Source: a bacterium (lineage in GTDB: Bacteria > Electryoneota > Electryoneia > Electryoneales > Electryoneaceae). Taken from it: DNA of 64,000 nt. Each line of letters starts with the position of its first letter. The first letter of the stretch is position 1. Both the position numbers and the translations under genes were made by a program. The notes below the pieces were generated by a model. It saw only the letters and a program-made list of their open reading frames with translations, had not been told where the DNA came from and did not search any database. This document shows positions 10,001 to 22,000 of this stretch, one piece after another. The stretch lies in the NCBI GenBank assembly GCA_963669175.1, contig OY769902.1, positions 2,624,001-2,688,000 of the forward strand, in the 5' to 3' direction.

Positions 10001-13000
10001 AGCGAGAAAGCTGACGGGGATTCTGAGACATACACATCGAACTGCCAGTATTCAGCAGGTCCCGAAAGTGTTCCGGCTGTATTCCTGTCTGTCGCATGGA
10101 CGCGCCAGTAAATAGTTACGTCATCCGGAAGCAGTTCATCCAGTTCACCTTCGCCATCACTGCCATATTCTTCACGAATAACAGCGGAAATCTCTTCTTC
10201 CGTGAAGGTGTAAGTTGTGTCCGTAATGCCCGTGATCACATTTGAACCGGGCAACTGCGGCGTGAGTCCCCAGATTACCCGATAGGTAAGGGTATCATCC
10301 GGATCAGGATCTGAACTGGCATGCCAGACCAGGGTTGGTCCAAGCGTGTTTACAGTCGAACTGTCTTCCGGGCTGACCAGGTCAAACGCAGCAGGCAGTT
10401 CCGGGAAATAGGTCCGGAACGTGGATGTGTCGGTTGATGCAAGGCTGTCGCCGAGAACCTCATCATGGGCAAAAACTCGCCACCAGTACTGCTTGTCATC
10501 TTCCAGCCATGCCGGGGTTACTGTCGGCGTTTCACCTTCAGCGTAGGTGCCCAGGTACTGGATATCTGAATCGAAAGTGATATCGTCACAGACATGGATA
10601 GAATAGATTACTGACTGTCCCGGATCAGGATCACCATTGTTTTCCCATTCGAAGGTAACCGAGCCGTCAAAGCTGGTGTCACCCAGCACCGGGCTGATCA
10701 GGGCGAAGGGATAGGGCATCTGCTGCCAGTAAATATCAAACGCCCAGAACGGAGTCGGACCCGCCCAGGTGCCGTTCGTATTGGTATCGACAGCCCGGAC
10801 ACGCCAGAAAACAGTCACATTGTCCGGCAGAAGTTCATCGAGGTCATTATCGTCGCCACCGAATTGTTCCCGGTAGGCGTTCATCAGAGTTGTGTTTTCA
10901 AAAGTGTAGAACGTATCAACTAGGCTGGTGACAGAATCCGAGCCCGTGAAGTCCGGCAGGAAAGCCCATTCCATGGTGTAGGAAACACTGTCGCTGGAAT
11001 CATATTCCGGTGCGCTTTCCCACATCAGCGTCGGTCCAAGCGTGTTGACCTCTGCAAGGTGTGCTGGGGACAGCCTGTCGAATGCGCCCGGTGGTTCCGG
11101 GATGTATACCCAGAAGCTCCATGCCTGGTTGGACACGATGCTGTCGCCGCTGACTTCATCATGCGCGTAAACTTTCCACCAGTACCGCATGTCATCTTCA
11201 AGAATCGGCGGGGTGAAGGTGGGGAAGTCGTTTTCCGTGTATGGGCCATACACGTCCGGGCTGCTGAACCAGGGGTTTTCTGACAGGTGCAGGGTATAGG
11301 TAACATTCTGTCCCGGGTCAGGATCGTTCTGGTTCTCCCAACGGAAGGTTACCGAGCCGGTCGTGTTCGTGTCATCGTTTGCCGGACTGATCAGTGAGAA
11401 AGCATTGGGCGGATCCTGGACAAACACATAGAAAGTCCAGTAGGCAGAAGGTCCGCTGAGCCTCGAACGACCGGAATCATCAATCGCACGTACCCGCCAG
11501 TATACTGTCACATCATCTGGCAGCAACTCGTCGAGTTCTTCATCACCCAGCATTTCTTCCATGCTGTTCAAGAGTTCAGCTTCAGTGAAGGTATACACCG
11601 GATCAGTCAGGTCTGCAATCGAAGTTGACGGCACAAACCCGGCATTGAAGGCATATTGCAGTGTATATGTCACAGATTCACCCGGGTCCGGGTCGGTTGT
11701 CGCTTCCCAGATCAGTGTTGGCCCAAGGTTGGGAACCGTAACTCCGCTGTCCGGGCTTACGAGGTCAAATGGTAATGGCACTTCAGGTGAATAGATGAAG
11801 AAGGTCCAGGTCTCCGTTGACCAGACATGCCCGCCGGTCCATTCATCCGTTGCCACAACACGCCACCAGTACTGGGTGTCATCATCCAGAACCAGTTGGT
11901 CAAGCGTCGGGAATTCGCCTTCATTGAACGGTCCGTATAAAGCTGAACCAGTGAAGTTTGAGTTTTCAGCTACCTGTAATTCATAACTTACGCCCTGGTT
12001 CGGATCGGGATCACCGTTGTTTTCCCACTCGAGAATGACAGAAGGAGACGGATCAAGAATGCTCCCGTCAGCAGGGGTGAGAAGGCTGAAAGCGTAGGGT
12101 TGCTCGTGGACATACACCGTAAACGACCATGACGCTGTCGGTCCGGCCCATGTCCCGGTGCCGGAGTTCCGGTCAACCGCACGAACCCGCCAGTAAACCC
12201 GCGCATCGTCAAACAACTGACCCACAGGGTACGTATAGAACGTATCAGCCAGGCCGGTTACAGTCGTAAGATTGCTGAAATCGGAATTGAACGACCATTC
12301 CAGCGTATAAGTGATCTGATCACCGGGATCGGGATCTGTTGCACGTTGCCAGGTCAATGTCGGGTCAAGATCCTCAACCTGTCCGTCATCCGGCGGATAG
12401 ACACGATTGAACGCGCTCGGCGGTTCCGGAATGTAAATGCGGAATGACCAGGTCTGGGCAGACTGTACTGAATCGCCCTCTGCATCATGAGCGTATACTT
12501 TCCACCAGTACCGTCCCCCGTCAACCATCCAGGGTTCACTGATGGTCGGGAATACATCCTCATCATAGGGGCCGTAAACACTACGGTTATTGAAGGCGGC
12601 GTCCTGTCCGAGATGCAGGGTATAGGTTACCAACTGGTTTGGATCAGGATCACCGTTGTTTTCCCAGGTAAAAGTCGGGCTGCCATCAAATGAAGTGTCG
12701 CCATTTGCCGGTGTCAGCAAGTCAAACGCATAGGGCAATTCAGGCTCGTGCATCGTGAATGCCCATATTTCGTTGGACCAGCGTCCATCCGCCAGCACTT
12801 CATCCTGAGCCCAGACACGCCAGTAATAGGTGCTGTCATCCTGCATCCAGAACTGGTTCAGGGTGGGGAAGGTGCCTTCCGGGTATGGACCAAAGCTGAC
12901 CGCATCGCTCATGTCCGGTTGACTGGCAACATAAACCGTGTAGACTACTTCATGTCCCAGGTCCGGATCGCCATTATTTTCCCAGACGAGGGTAACGGAA

Positions 13001-16000
13001 CCATCCGGATTGGACAATCCATTGTTCGCGGGACTGACCAGGTTAAACGGGTTCGGGACATCCTGTACAAATACATCGAACTGGAAATAACTCGGTGGCC
13101 CTGCCCAGGTTCCGGCTGTGTTGGTGTCAACTGCACGTACACGCCAGAAAACTGTCGCGCCGTCATACAGCGGTGTCGGGAGAGTATAAGAGGTTGTGGT
13201 CAACCCGGCCACTTCCGTAGCGGTTGAGAAATCCGCGTTAAAATCATATTGCAGGGTATAGGTGACCACATCGCCCGGATCAGGATCAATTGCATCCTGC
13301 CAGGTCAGAGTCGGCAGTGTATCCGCCACGACTCCGTTGTTTGAAGGAGTCAGCAACTGGAATGCTGCCGGTTGATCGGGAATGGAATACGAAAAACTCA
13401 GGGTGTCATCCGACCAGGTTCCGGCCGTATTGCCGTCCGTAGCCACAACTGCCCAGTAATAGGTCGAGTCGTCATCACCGCTATACACATAGCTGGTTCC
13501 GGCATAACCGCTGATGACCGGTGTGCCCAGGTTGTTGCGCAATGTGGAGACATACAGGCTATAGGTAACCACATCGCCCGGGTCGGGATCGGTTGTCGAT
13601 TCCCAGGTCAATGTCACATTCTGGGTTGTCGCGACTGTTCCATCCGAGGGCGACAACAGGGTAAACGCGGCCGGTGGTTCCGGTACGACCAGGTGGAATC
13701 GATAGGCTGTGTTGTCAATCGGGTTCTGGTTGGAACGACGTCCCTCTGAATTCAGGTCAACCGCTTTCACATACCAGTAAACCGTATTGTTGTCGGATAA
13801 CATACCGGCGGCGAACGTATATGAAGTGTCTGCCAATCCGGTTATTTCCACTGGACTGATAAACAGCGGATCACCGATGGTATAGAGAACGGTATAGGTA
13901 ACCACATCGCCCGGATCTGCATCCGTTGAGGGATGCCAGGTCAGGGTCGGTGTCATGGTCTGAAGGATAATATTGTTGGCCGGGCTGCCCAGGTTGAACG
14001 GAGTCGGACGTTCCGGGATGGCAATCCGGAAACTGCGCACTTCATCCGCCCAGGTTCCCGGCGAATTGGTGTCAACAGCCTTCACTGTCCAGTAATAAAG
14101 TGTGTCTTCAACACCATGGAAGGTGTACCCTGTAGTATCAAGGCCGCTTGCAATCAATGTGGCAGGATTGCCAAGTGTTCCCAGGTCAAAGGAGACATAG
14201 ACATTATAGGTAACAATATCACCAACATCAGGATCGACACTTTCTTCCCAGGATAACTGCGCATCAAGCGAGGTGACCGTATCTGCCTGATCCGGTGTCA
14301 GCAGGTTAAACGCAGAAGGTGAATCTATAATGTAGATCTCAAAACTGCGCGCTGTGCCGTCAATCGGGTTTGGCGTGGATCGTGTCCCGGCTGAATTGGT
14401 ATCCACAGCCTTCACATACCAGTACACGGTCTCATGATCGTTCAGGATTCCGGCGGGGAATGTGTAGGATGTGTCTGTCAATCCCGCGGTAAAAGCCGGT
14501 GTGGTAAAACTGGGATCGCTGATAGACCAGTACACGGTATAGGTGAGCGCATCACCGGGGTCAGGATCTGTGCTGCGCTCCCAGGTCAGAGTCGGTGTCG
14601 TTGTCGTCAAAACAACGCCGGCAGCCGGAGAAACCAGGGCAAACGCGCTGGGTGCATCAGGTACACCAATACTGAACTGCCAGGTCTCGTTTGAGATGGT
14701 TCCGGCGGTATTCGTATCGACCGCCTTTACCTGCCAGTAATATGTCAGATCATCCGTCAACGTCAACGTATGGGTTGTATTGGTCAAACCCTGCGCGACT
14801 CGAGTAAACGGTTGCCCCAAGTCGGCAAGATTCGTCGATAAATAAACACTGTAAGTAAGATTGTCACCCGGATCGGACTCGGAAGATGCTTCCCAGGTCA
14901 GGGTAACACTCGTGCTCGGTGAAATATAGTTGTTTACCGGAGACAACAGGCTGAAGGCAGCCGGGGTGTCATTTACATAGACATCGAAGCGGTATGGATT
15001 CCCGTTTTGCGGACTCTGATTGGATGGCGTTCCGGCGGTGTTTCCATCCATCGCCAGTACGTACCAGTAATAGGTCACGTCATCGTTCAGAACCCCGCCG
15101 GGGAAGGTATAGACCGTGTCAGTCAACCCCGAAACGAAAGCCGGGGACGCAAATGTCGGATCATTAACCGACCAGTAGAGGCGATAGGTAACATTATCGC
15201 CCGGGTCCGGATCGGTTGATCTGCGCCATGTCAGGGTCGGTGATGTTGTGCCCATCGTCGCGCCGTTGGTCGGGCTGATCAGGTCAAATGCTGTCGGCGA
15301 TTCCGCCTCGCCAATTGTAAATCTCCATGCCTGGTTGGCCCAGGTTCCTACCGTGTTGTTGTCCGTGGCATACACAGTCCAGTAATACGTGCTGTCGTCA
15401 TCGCCGATGAAGGTGTACGTTGTATCGGACCAGCCATTGACGATCCGGTTAGCCGGGATACGAAGCCCGCCAGTAGTATCACTGGCCAGGTAAACATCAA
15501 AGGTCGGCGTATGGTTGCCGTCAGGATCTTCCGTGTCACGCCATGTCAATGTGACGATATGGTTTCCGGTAGTCGAGTTATTGATTGGTGAAACCAGGTT
15601 GAACGGTTCCGGGGCGTCTGTGATATAGATGTCAAACTTCCACGGAATACCGTTGGACGGCGCTGGAGTCGAAGCCGTGTACGTGCCTGAATTTGTGTCG
15701 TAAGCGCGTACATACCAGTATACCTGGTGACCATCTTCCAGGATTCCCGGCGCCAGCGTATAGGTGGTGTCAGAGATGCCTGAAATCACAGTCGGATTGG
15801 TGAAATTGATATCACCGATGGAATAGTACAAACGGTAGGTAACCACATCGCCGGCATCGGGATCAGTTGCCTGTTCCCATACGAAATTCACTTCTGTTGT
15901 ATCAAGGATAGTAGATCCATCTGCCGGACCGATCAGGGCAAATTCGCTCGGTGGATCGGCGACACCCACGGAGAAGTCCCAGGTCTGCGTCGCCCAGCGT

Positions 16001-19000
16001 CCGGTGGTGTTCATGTCAACGGCTTTAATCGTCCAGAAATATTGCGAATTGTCTGTACCGTTATATGTGTAACTGGTACTGACCACATTTTGTGCTACAC
16101 GACTGGCCGGATCGGTTACCGTTGCCTGGTTGCTGGAAATGTAAACCTCATACGTTACCGCATCGCCCGGGTCCGGATCGACAGAGGCTTCCCAGTTCAG
16201 GGTGACGCTGGTCGAAGGACTGAGACTGCCATCCGCAGGAGATAACAAGGCAAAGCTTGATGGCTGTTCCGGGACCAGGATATTGAATGAATAGGCGGTG
16301 TTGTCACGTGGGTTACGCGTTGACAACCTGCCGTTAGTATTGGTGTCAATTGCGCGTACATACCAGTGAACCGTGCTGTTGTCCGGCAGGTTACCGGCTG
16401 AGAAAGTATAACTGGTCGCGGTCAAGCCGGTTACAGAATCCGGTGATGAGAAAGTTGCATCATCAACGGACCAGATGACTCGATAGGTCACATTATCACC
16501 GGCATCAGGATCAGTACTGACATCCCAGGTCAGTGTCGGAGTGGTTGTGTTGACCGTAATACCATCGGAAGGTGTCTGCAGATCAAACGCGGTCGGTTGT
16601 TCCGGGTTTGAGATGCTGAAGTCCCACTGTTCCGTAGACCATGTTCCCGGTGAATTCGTGTCAACCGCCTTCACCTGCCAGAAGTAGGAATTATCATCCT
16701 GGCCGTTAAACGTATAGGTTTCCGCACTCAGGCCCTGTGCCACACGGTTGCCCACATCCTGAAGTGTCAGCAGATCCTGTGATACATACACATCATAGGT
16801 GACCACATCACCGGCGTCCGGGTCCGTGCTTTCCTGCCAGGTAAACACGACACTTGTTGAAGTAGTCGTGCTGCCATTTGCCGGACCGAGCAGGCTGAAG
16901 GAAGACGGCGCATCGACGATGGTGATTTCAAACTGACGTGCTGTGCCGTCAACCGGATTCGGGGTTGACAGGGTTCCTGCCGTGTTGTTATCCACCGCAT
17001 GGACATACCAGTGAACCACATCTTCGTCAACCAGTATCCCGGCCGGGAACGACCAAGTTTCGTTTGTCAACCCGGTAATCGTGGTTGGTGCGGCGAAACT
17101 GGCATCGTTGATGGAGTAGTACAGGGTATAGGATACCGCGTCACCCGGATCGGGATCGGTGCTTTGCTGCCAGGTAAGTGTCGGTGTCAAAGTGTTCATC
17201 GCCGCCATGTTGATAGGCGTGAGCAGGTTGAACGCTGTGGGCTGTTCCGGAATGGAGAAGGTGAAGCTCCAGGCCTGGTTGGACCAAGTGCCCGGTGAAT
17301 TGCTGTCAATCGCCTTGATCCGCCAGTAATAAGTCTGATCTTCAGTGCCATTGAAGGTATAGAAAGTATTCGACACTCCCTGCGCGATCCGTGAACCGGG
17401 GTTCATCAATGTTCCGGGATCGGTGGAGAGATAGACATCGTAGGTAATCACATCCCCTGGGTCGGGATCGCTTGATGCGTTCCACTCCAGGTCAACAGTC
17501 GTAGCGGCAAGGGTAATGCCATTGGCCGGAGCGGTGAGGTCAAAAGCGACCGGGGCTTCAGCAATGGCGACGTCAAATGACCAGGTCGTGCCATCGTTCG
17601 GGTTCTGTGTGGACAAGCGCCCGTTGGTGTTGGTATCCACAGCACGCACATACCAGTACACCTGGTCGCCGTCGTTGATCGAACCGGATGAGAAAGTATA
17701 GTTGGCTGTCGCAATACCCGTGGCTGAGTCCGGACTGCTGAATGTTGCATCGTTACGCGACCAGATGACATTATAGGTCACCACATCACCCGGATCGGGA
17801 TCAGTTGCAGTCTGCCATGAAAGTATCGGAGTTGTTGTTGTAACTGTCTCGCCATCTGTCGGCGCCATCAGCGAGAAAGCGTCAGGGGTTTCCGACACAC
17901 CAAACGTGAAACTGCGGGTTGTACTGGCCCAGGTTCCGTTGTTGCCGGTATCAACCGCACGTATGGTCCAATAATAGGTCTGGTCTTCAGCGCCGTTGAA
18001 AGCATAGGTCACAACAGACAGGCTTTGCGCAACACGGTTGGCTATGTTTTGAACGGTGGCCTGATCAGTCGAAACGTACACTTCATAATTGATAATATCG
18101 CCGGGATCGGGGTCGGTTGTCGCATCCCATTCCAGGTTGGCCGTCAAGCCCTCGATATACACACCGTCGGCAGGTGAAACGAGATCAAATACCGCCGGGG
18201 GTTCTGGCACATTCATATCGAAATGCCAGGTTGTGCCGTCGTTCGGGTTCTGGGTTGACAGGCGACCGTTAGTGTTGGTATCCACAGCACGAACATACCA
18301 GTAAACCGGCTGATCATCCGCGAGGATACCGGCGGAGAAGGTGTAGGTCGCGGTTGCCAGTCCTACGGCGCTATCCGGGTCGGCGAAAGTCGGGTCGTTT
18401 ACGGCCCAGATCACGTTATACGTAACATTGTCGCCGATATCCGGGTCGGTTGTTGTTTCCCAGGTCAGGGTCGGAGTAGCCGATGTAACAGTCGCGTTAT
18501 CCAGTGGCCCGGTCAGGTTGAAGGCGTCCGGAGGATCGGGAACACCGATACTGAAATCCCATTGCTGAGATGACCAGGTTGAGTTGCCGTCTGTATCAAT
18601 GGCCTGTATCTGCCAGTAGTAGACGTGATTATCAACACCAGCGTAATCCAGGTTGGTGACATTCAACCCTGTTGCGACCCGTGAAGCCAGGTTCTGCACT
18701 GTCGCCTGGTTCTCGGATACATACACATCATAGGTCACATTGTCGCCCGGGTCAGGATCGCTGGAAGCCTGCCAGGTAAGGCTGACTGTCGTGTTCAGTG
18801 AGGTTGTTCCATCCGCCGGAGTGAGCAAGTTGAATGCGGACGGCGCTTCATCAACCGCAATTGAGAATGACCACGTATTCCCATTATTCGGATTCTGACT
18901 GGACAGGGTGCCGTTGGTGTTGGTGTCCACTGCACGTACATACCAGTACAGGGTAATATCGTCTGAAAGTGTACCCGCACCGAAGGTATAGGTCGCGTTG

Positions 19001-22000
19001 GTCAATCCGGTCACTGAATCGGGATCGCTGAAAGTTGCATCACCAACAGAATAGACCAGGTTATAGGTGATGACATCACCCGCATCCGGGTCCGTGGCTG
19101 CGTCCCAGGTCAGGGTCGGGGTGGTTGTTTGCAGTGTGCTTCCATTGGCCGGACCGGTCAGATCAAAAGCGTTCGGTGGATCAGGTTCGACGATGGTAAA
19201 GGTCCAGGTTTCAGTAGACCAGGTTCCCGCCGAATTTGTGTCCACGGCACGCACTTTCCAGTAGTATTGCTGGTTGTCAGTGCCGTTGAAAACGTATTGA
19301 GTCGTATTAAGACCGGCAGCAGTCGGCCCGCCGAAACCGCCGGGAGTCGTAGCGACATACACTTCATAAGTTATATTGTCGCCGGGGTCGGGATCCGTTG
19401 CTGCCTGCCATTGCAATGTGACGGCGGCTGTATTGGGGGTTCCGTTGTTTGCCGGAGAAACCAGTCCGAATGGATTGGGCACGTCCGGTACATTGGTCGT
19501 GAATGACCAGGTATTGTTGTTGTTCGGGTTCTGGTTCGAGTTACGGCCGTTGGTATTGGAGTCCGTAGCACGAACATACCAGTACACGGTCGCATCATCG
19601 GCCAGGTCACCGGCGGTGAAAGTATAGGTCGTATCTGACAGGCCGGTTACACTGTCCGGGTTTGAGAATGTGGCATCATTCAGAGACCAGATCACATTGT
19701 AGTTGACCGCATCGCCGGGATCGTTATCTGTAGTTTGACGCCATACAACAGTCGGCGTCAAATTAGCGAACTCCGTACCGATAGCAGGACTTGAAACATT
19801 AAACGCTGCCGGTGGAGTGGGGGTGACGATCTCATAGCTCCAGGTCTGGTCGGAATACGTTCCCAGGCCACCGTTGTCAATCGCACGAATGCGCCACCAG
19901 TATTGAGTGCCGAATGAACCGGTGAAAGAGTACTGGTTGACGGCCAGGTTTGTAGCTACCGGGGCGCCCCAGACACCGTCGATTTCTGTTATATAGACTT
20001 CATATGTGATAACGTCCCCGATATCCGGGTCGGTGGCTTCTTCCCATTGCAGAATGATATCTGTAGTGGCTGAAACAAAACCATCTGCTGGCGAAGTCAG
20101 GTTAAAACCGTTGGGTGGATCAGGCTGAGAAGTCGTGAAATCCCAACCGGTATTCGGTGTAATCGTGGTTGACTGGTTGTAAATGTTTGTCGCGTGAGCA
20201 CGCCAGTACATCGTCTGGTTATCAGGACAGCCGGTGATGTTGTAATCAGTCGCATCAACCGTTTCCTCGATGGTTGAACCTGCGAAACTGGCTACGGTTG
20301 CCCATTCCACCTCGTAGGTCACGGCATAAGGATAGAACTCAAGTGCAAGGCCATCGTCGAGATAGTTGGCGTTGAAAGTTACTTCAAGACCGTCATTCTC
20401 GTCCGGGTTTTCGATACCGACGGTGCAGGAGTTCAATGTCCCGCTCACATCTTCGTATTGGTAACGGATACGCCCGTCATCGAACAGGATAATCTGGAAG
20501 GTTTCTATTGAAGCGGCATCGGCGAATCTCTGCACACCATCATATTGCACAACAAACCAGGTACCCATGGACTGGTAGTAAATATTCCCAATGGCTTCAG
20601 GCTGCAAGTCATCCCAGAAAGCCGCGATCATACCTTGTGGCCCGTCAATTCCCGGGATGCCCGAGTTCGAGAAGTCGCTGGCGCCACCGAAACTCAGGTA
20701 ACCGTTGTTGTCGATAGTGATATCGGCGTATTCAACCCCGTAGAAGGGGAAATTGAACGGTATCGCGACAACTTCCTGCTGTTCCGCGCCAACCGCCGCG
20801 GTTGAGGGAGTGCCTGTTCCGGAAATATCTACCCAGGCGTAATTCGGACCGCCGGGCTGGTTGTTGTCCAGCCAGAAGTAGCCGAACGTATCCGGTCCAT
20901 GAATCGCCAATCCATTGGCCGGGTTGGTGTCACTGGAGCTGTTCCATTCCACCGTTACATCCGATGTCGTATGGTTGGAATGGTTTGCCGGGCTTGAAGG
21001 TGTAAACGCTGCCGGGGAAGTCGGTTCGTAATAGTGGAAGCTCAAGGTTTGGTCGGACCAGGTGCCGTTGGTATTGCCATCAAGCGCACGCACTTTCCAC
21101 CAGTACGTGGTATTGCTGACCAGCCCGCCCATGGTATAGGTCGTCTGAAGCGGTGTAAAGGCGACGGAGTCCAGATTCTGGGTAAACGCTTCATTAGTAG
21201 CAACCCAGAGCATATACCCGGTCAGAGCGTCATCCGGGTCTGGCTCAGTTGTGGATTGCCACGACAGGGTAGTGTCGGCATCGAATACCGTTACACGGTC
21301 GGCAGGGCCTGAAAGGTTAAATGCTGCCGGAGCTTCAGTCTCGTAAATCTCGAAACGATAGGCAAAGTTATCTCGCGGGTTGCGAGTAGACAATGTGCCG
21401 TTGGTGTTGGTGTCCACTGCACGGACATACCAGTACACCGTGATGTCGTCCTGGAGCGTCCCGTCGGGGAAGGTATAGCTGGTTGCGTTTATGCCGGTAA
21501 TGGAATCCGGGTCAGCGAAAGTTGCATCCCCGATCGAGTATATGATGTTATATGTGACCACATCCCCGGCATCGGGGTCAACCGATGCACTCCAGGTGAG
21601 GGTGGGGGTTGTGGAACCTTCCGTATTCCCATCTGTAGGCGTCAGCAGGTTGAAAGCGCTGGGCGGTTCCGGTACGGTAATATGGAAACTCAGGGTGTCA
21701 TCGGCCTGCGTTCCCGGAGATTCGGAATCGTTCGCCAGGATGGTCCAATAATAGGTGGCGTCGTCCAGACCGGTGAAATTATAAAACGTATCTGCGATAC
21801 CTGTTGCTACAGCTACTCCCATATCGGTTGGGTCTGTGGAAGCGAATACGTTATAAGTCAGGTTCTCCGTCGGGTCCGGATTCAAGCTTGGATTCCAGGT
21901 CAAATCCAGTGTTGTGGAACCGGATACAAAGCCATCAGCAGGCGTTCCCAGCGTGAAGGGGAGGGGACGTCCGTAAATCTCAATAGCAAGGTTATTTTCG

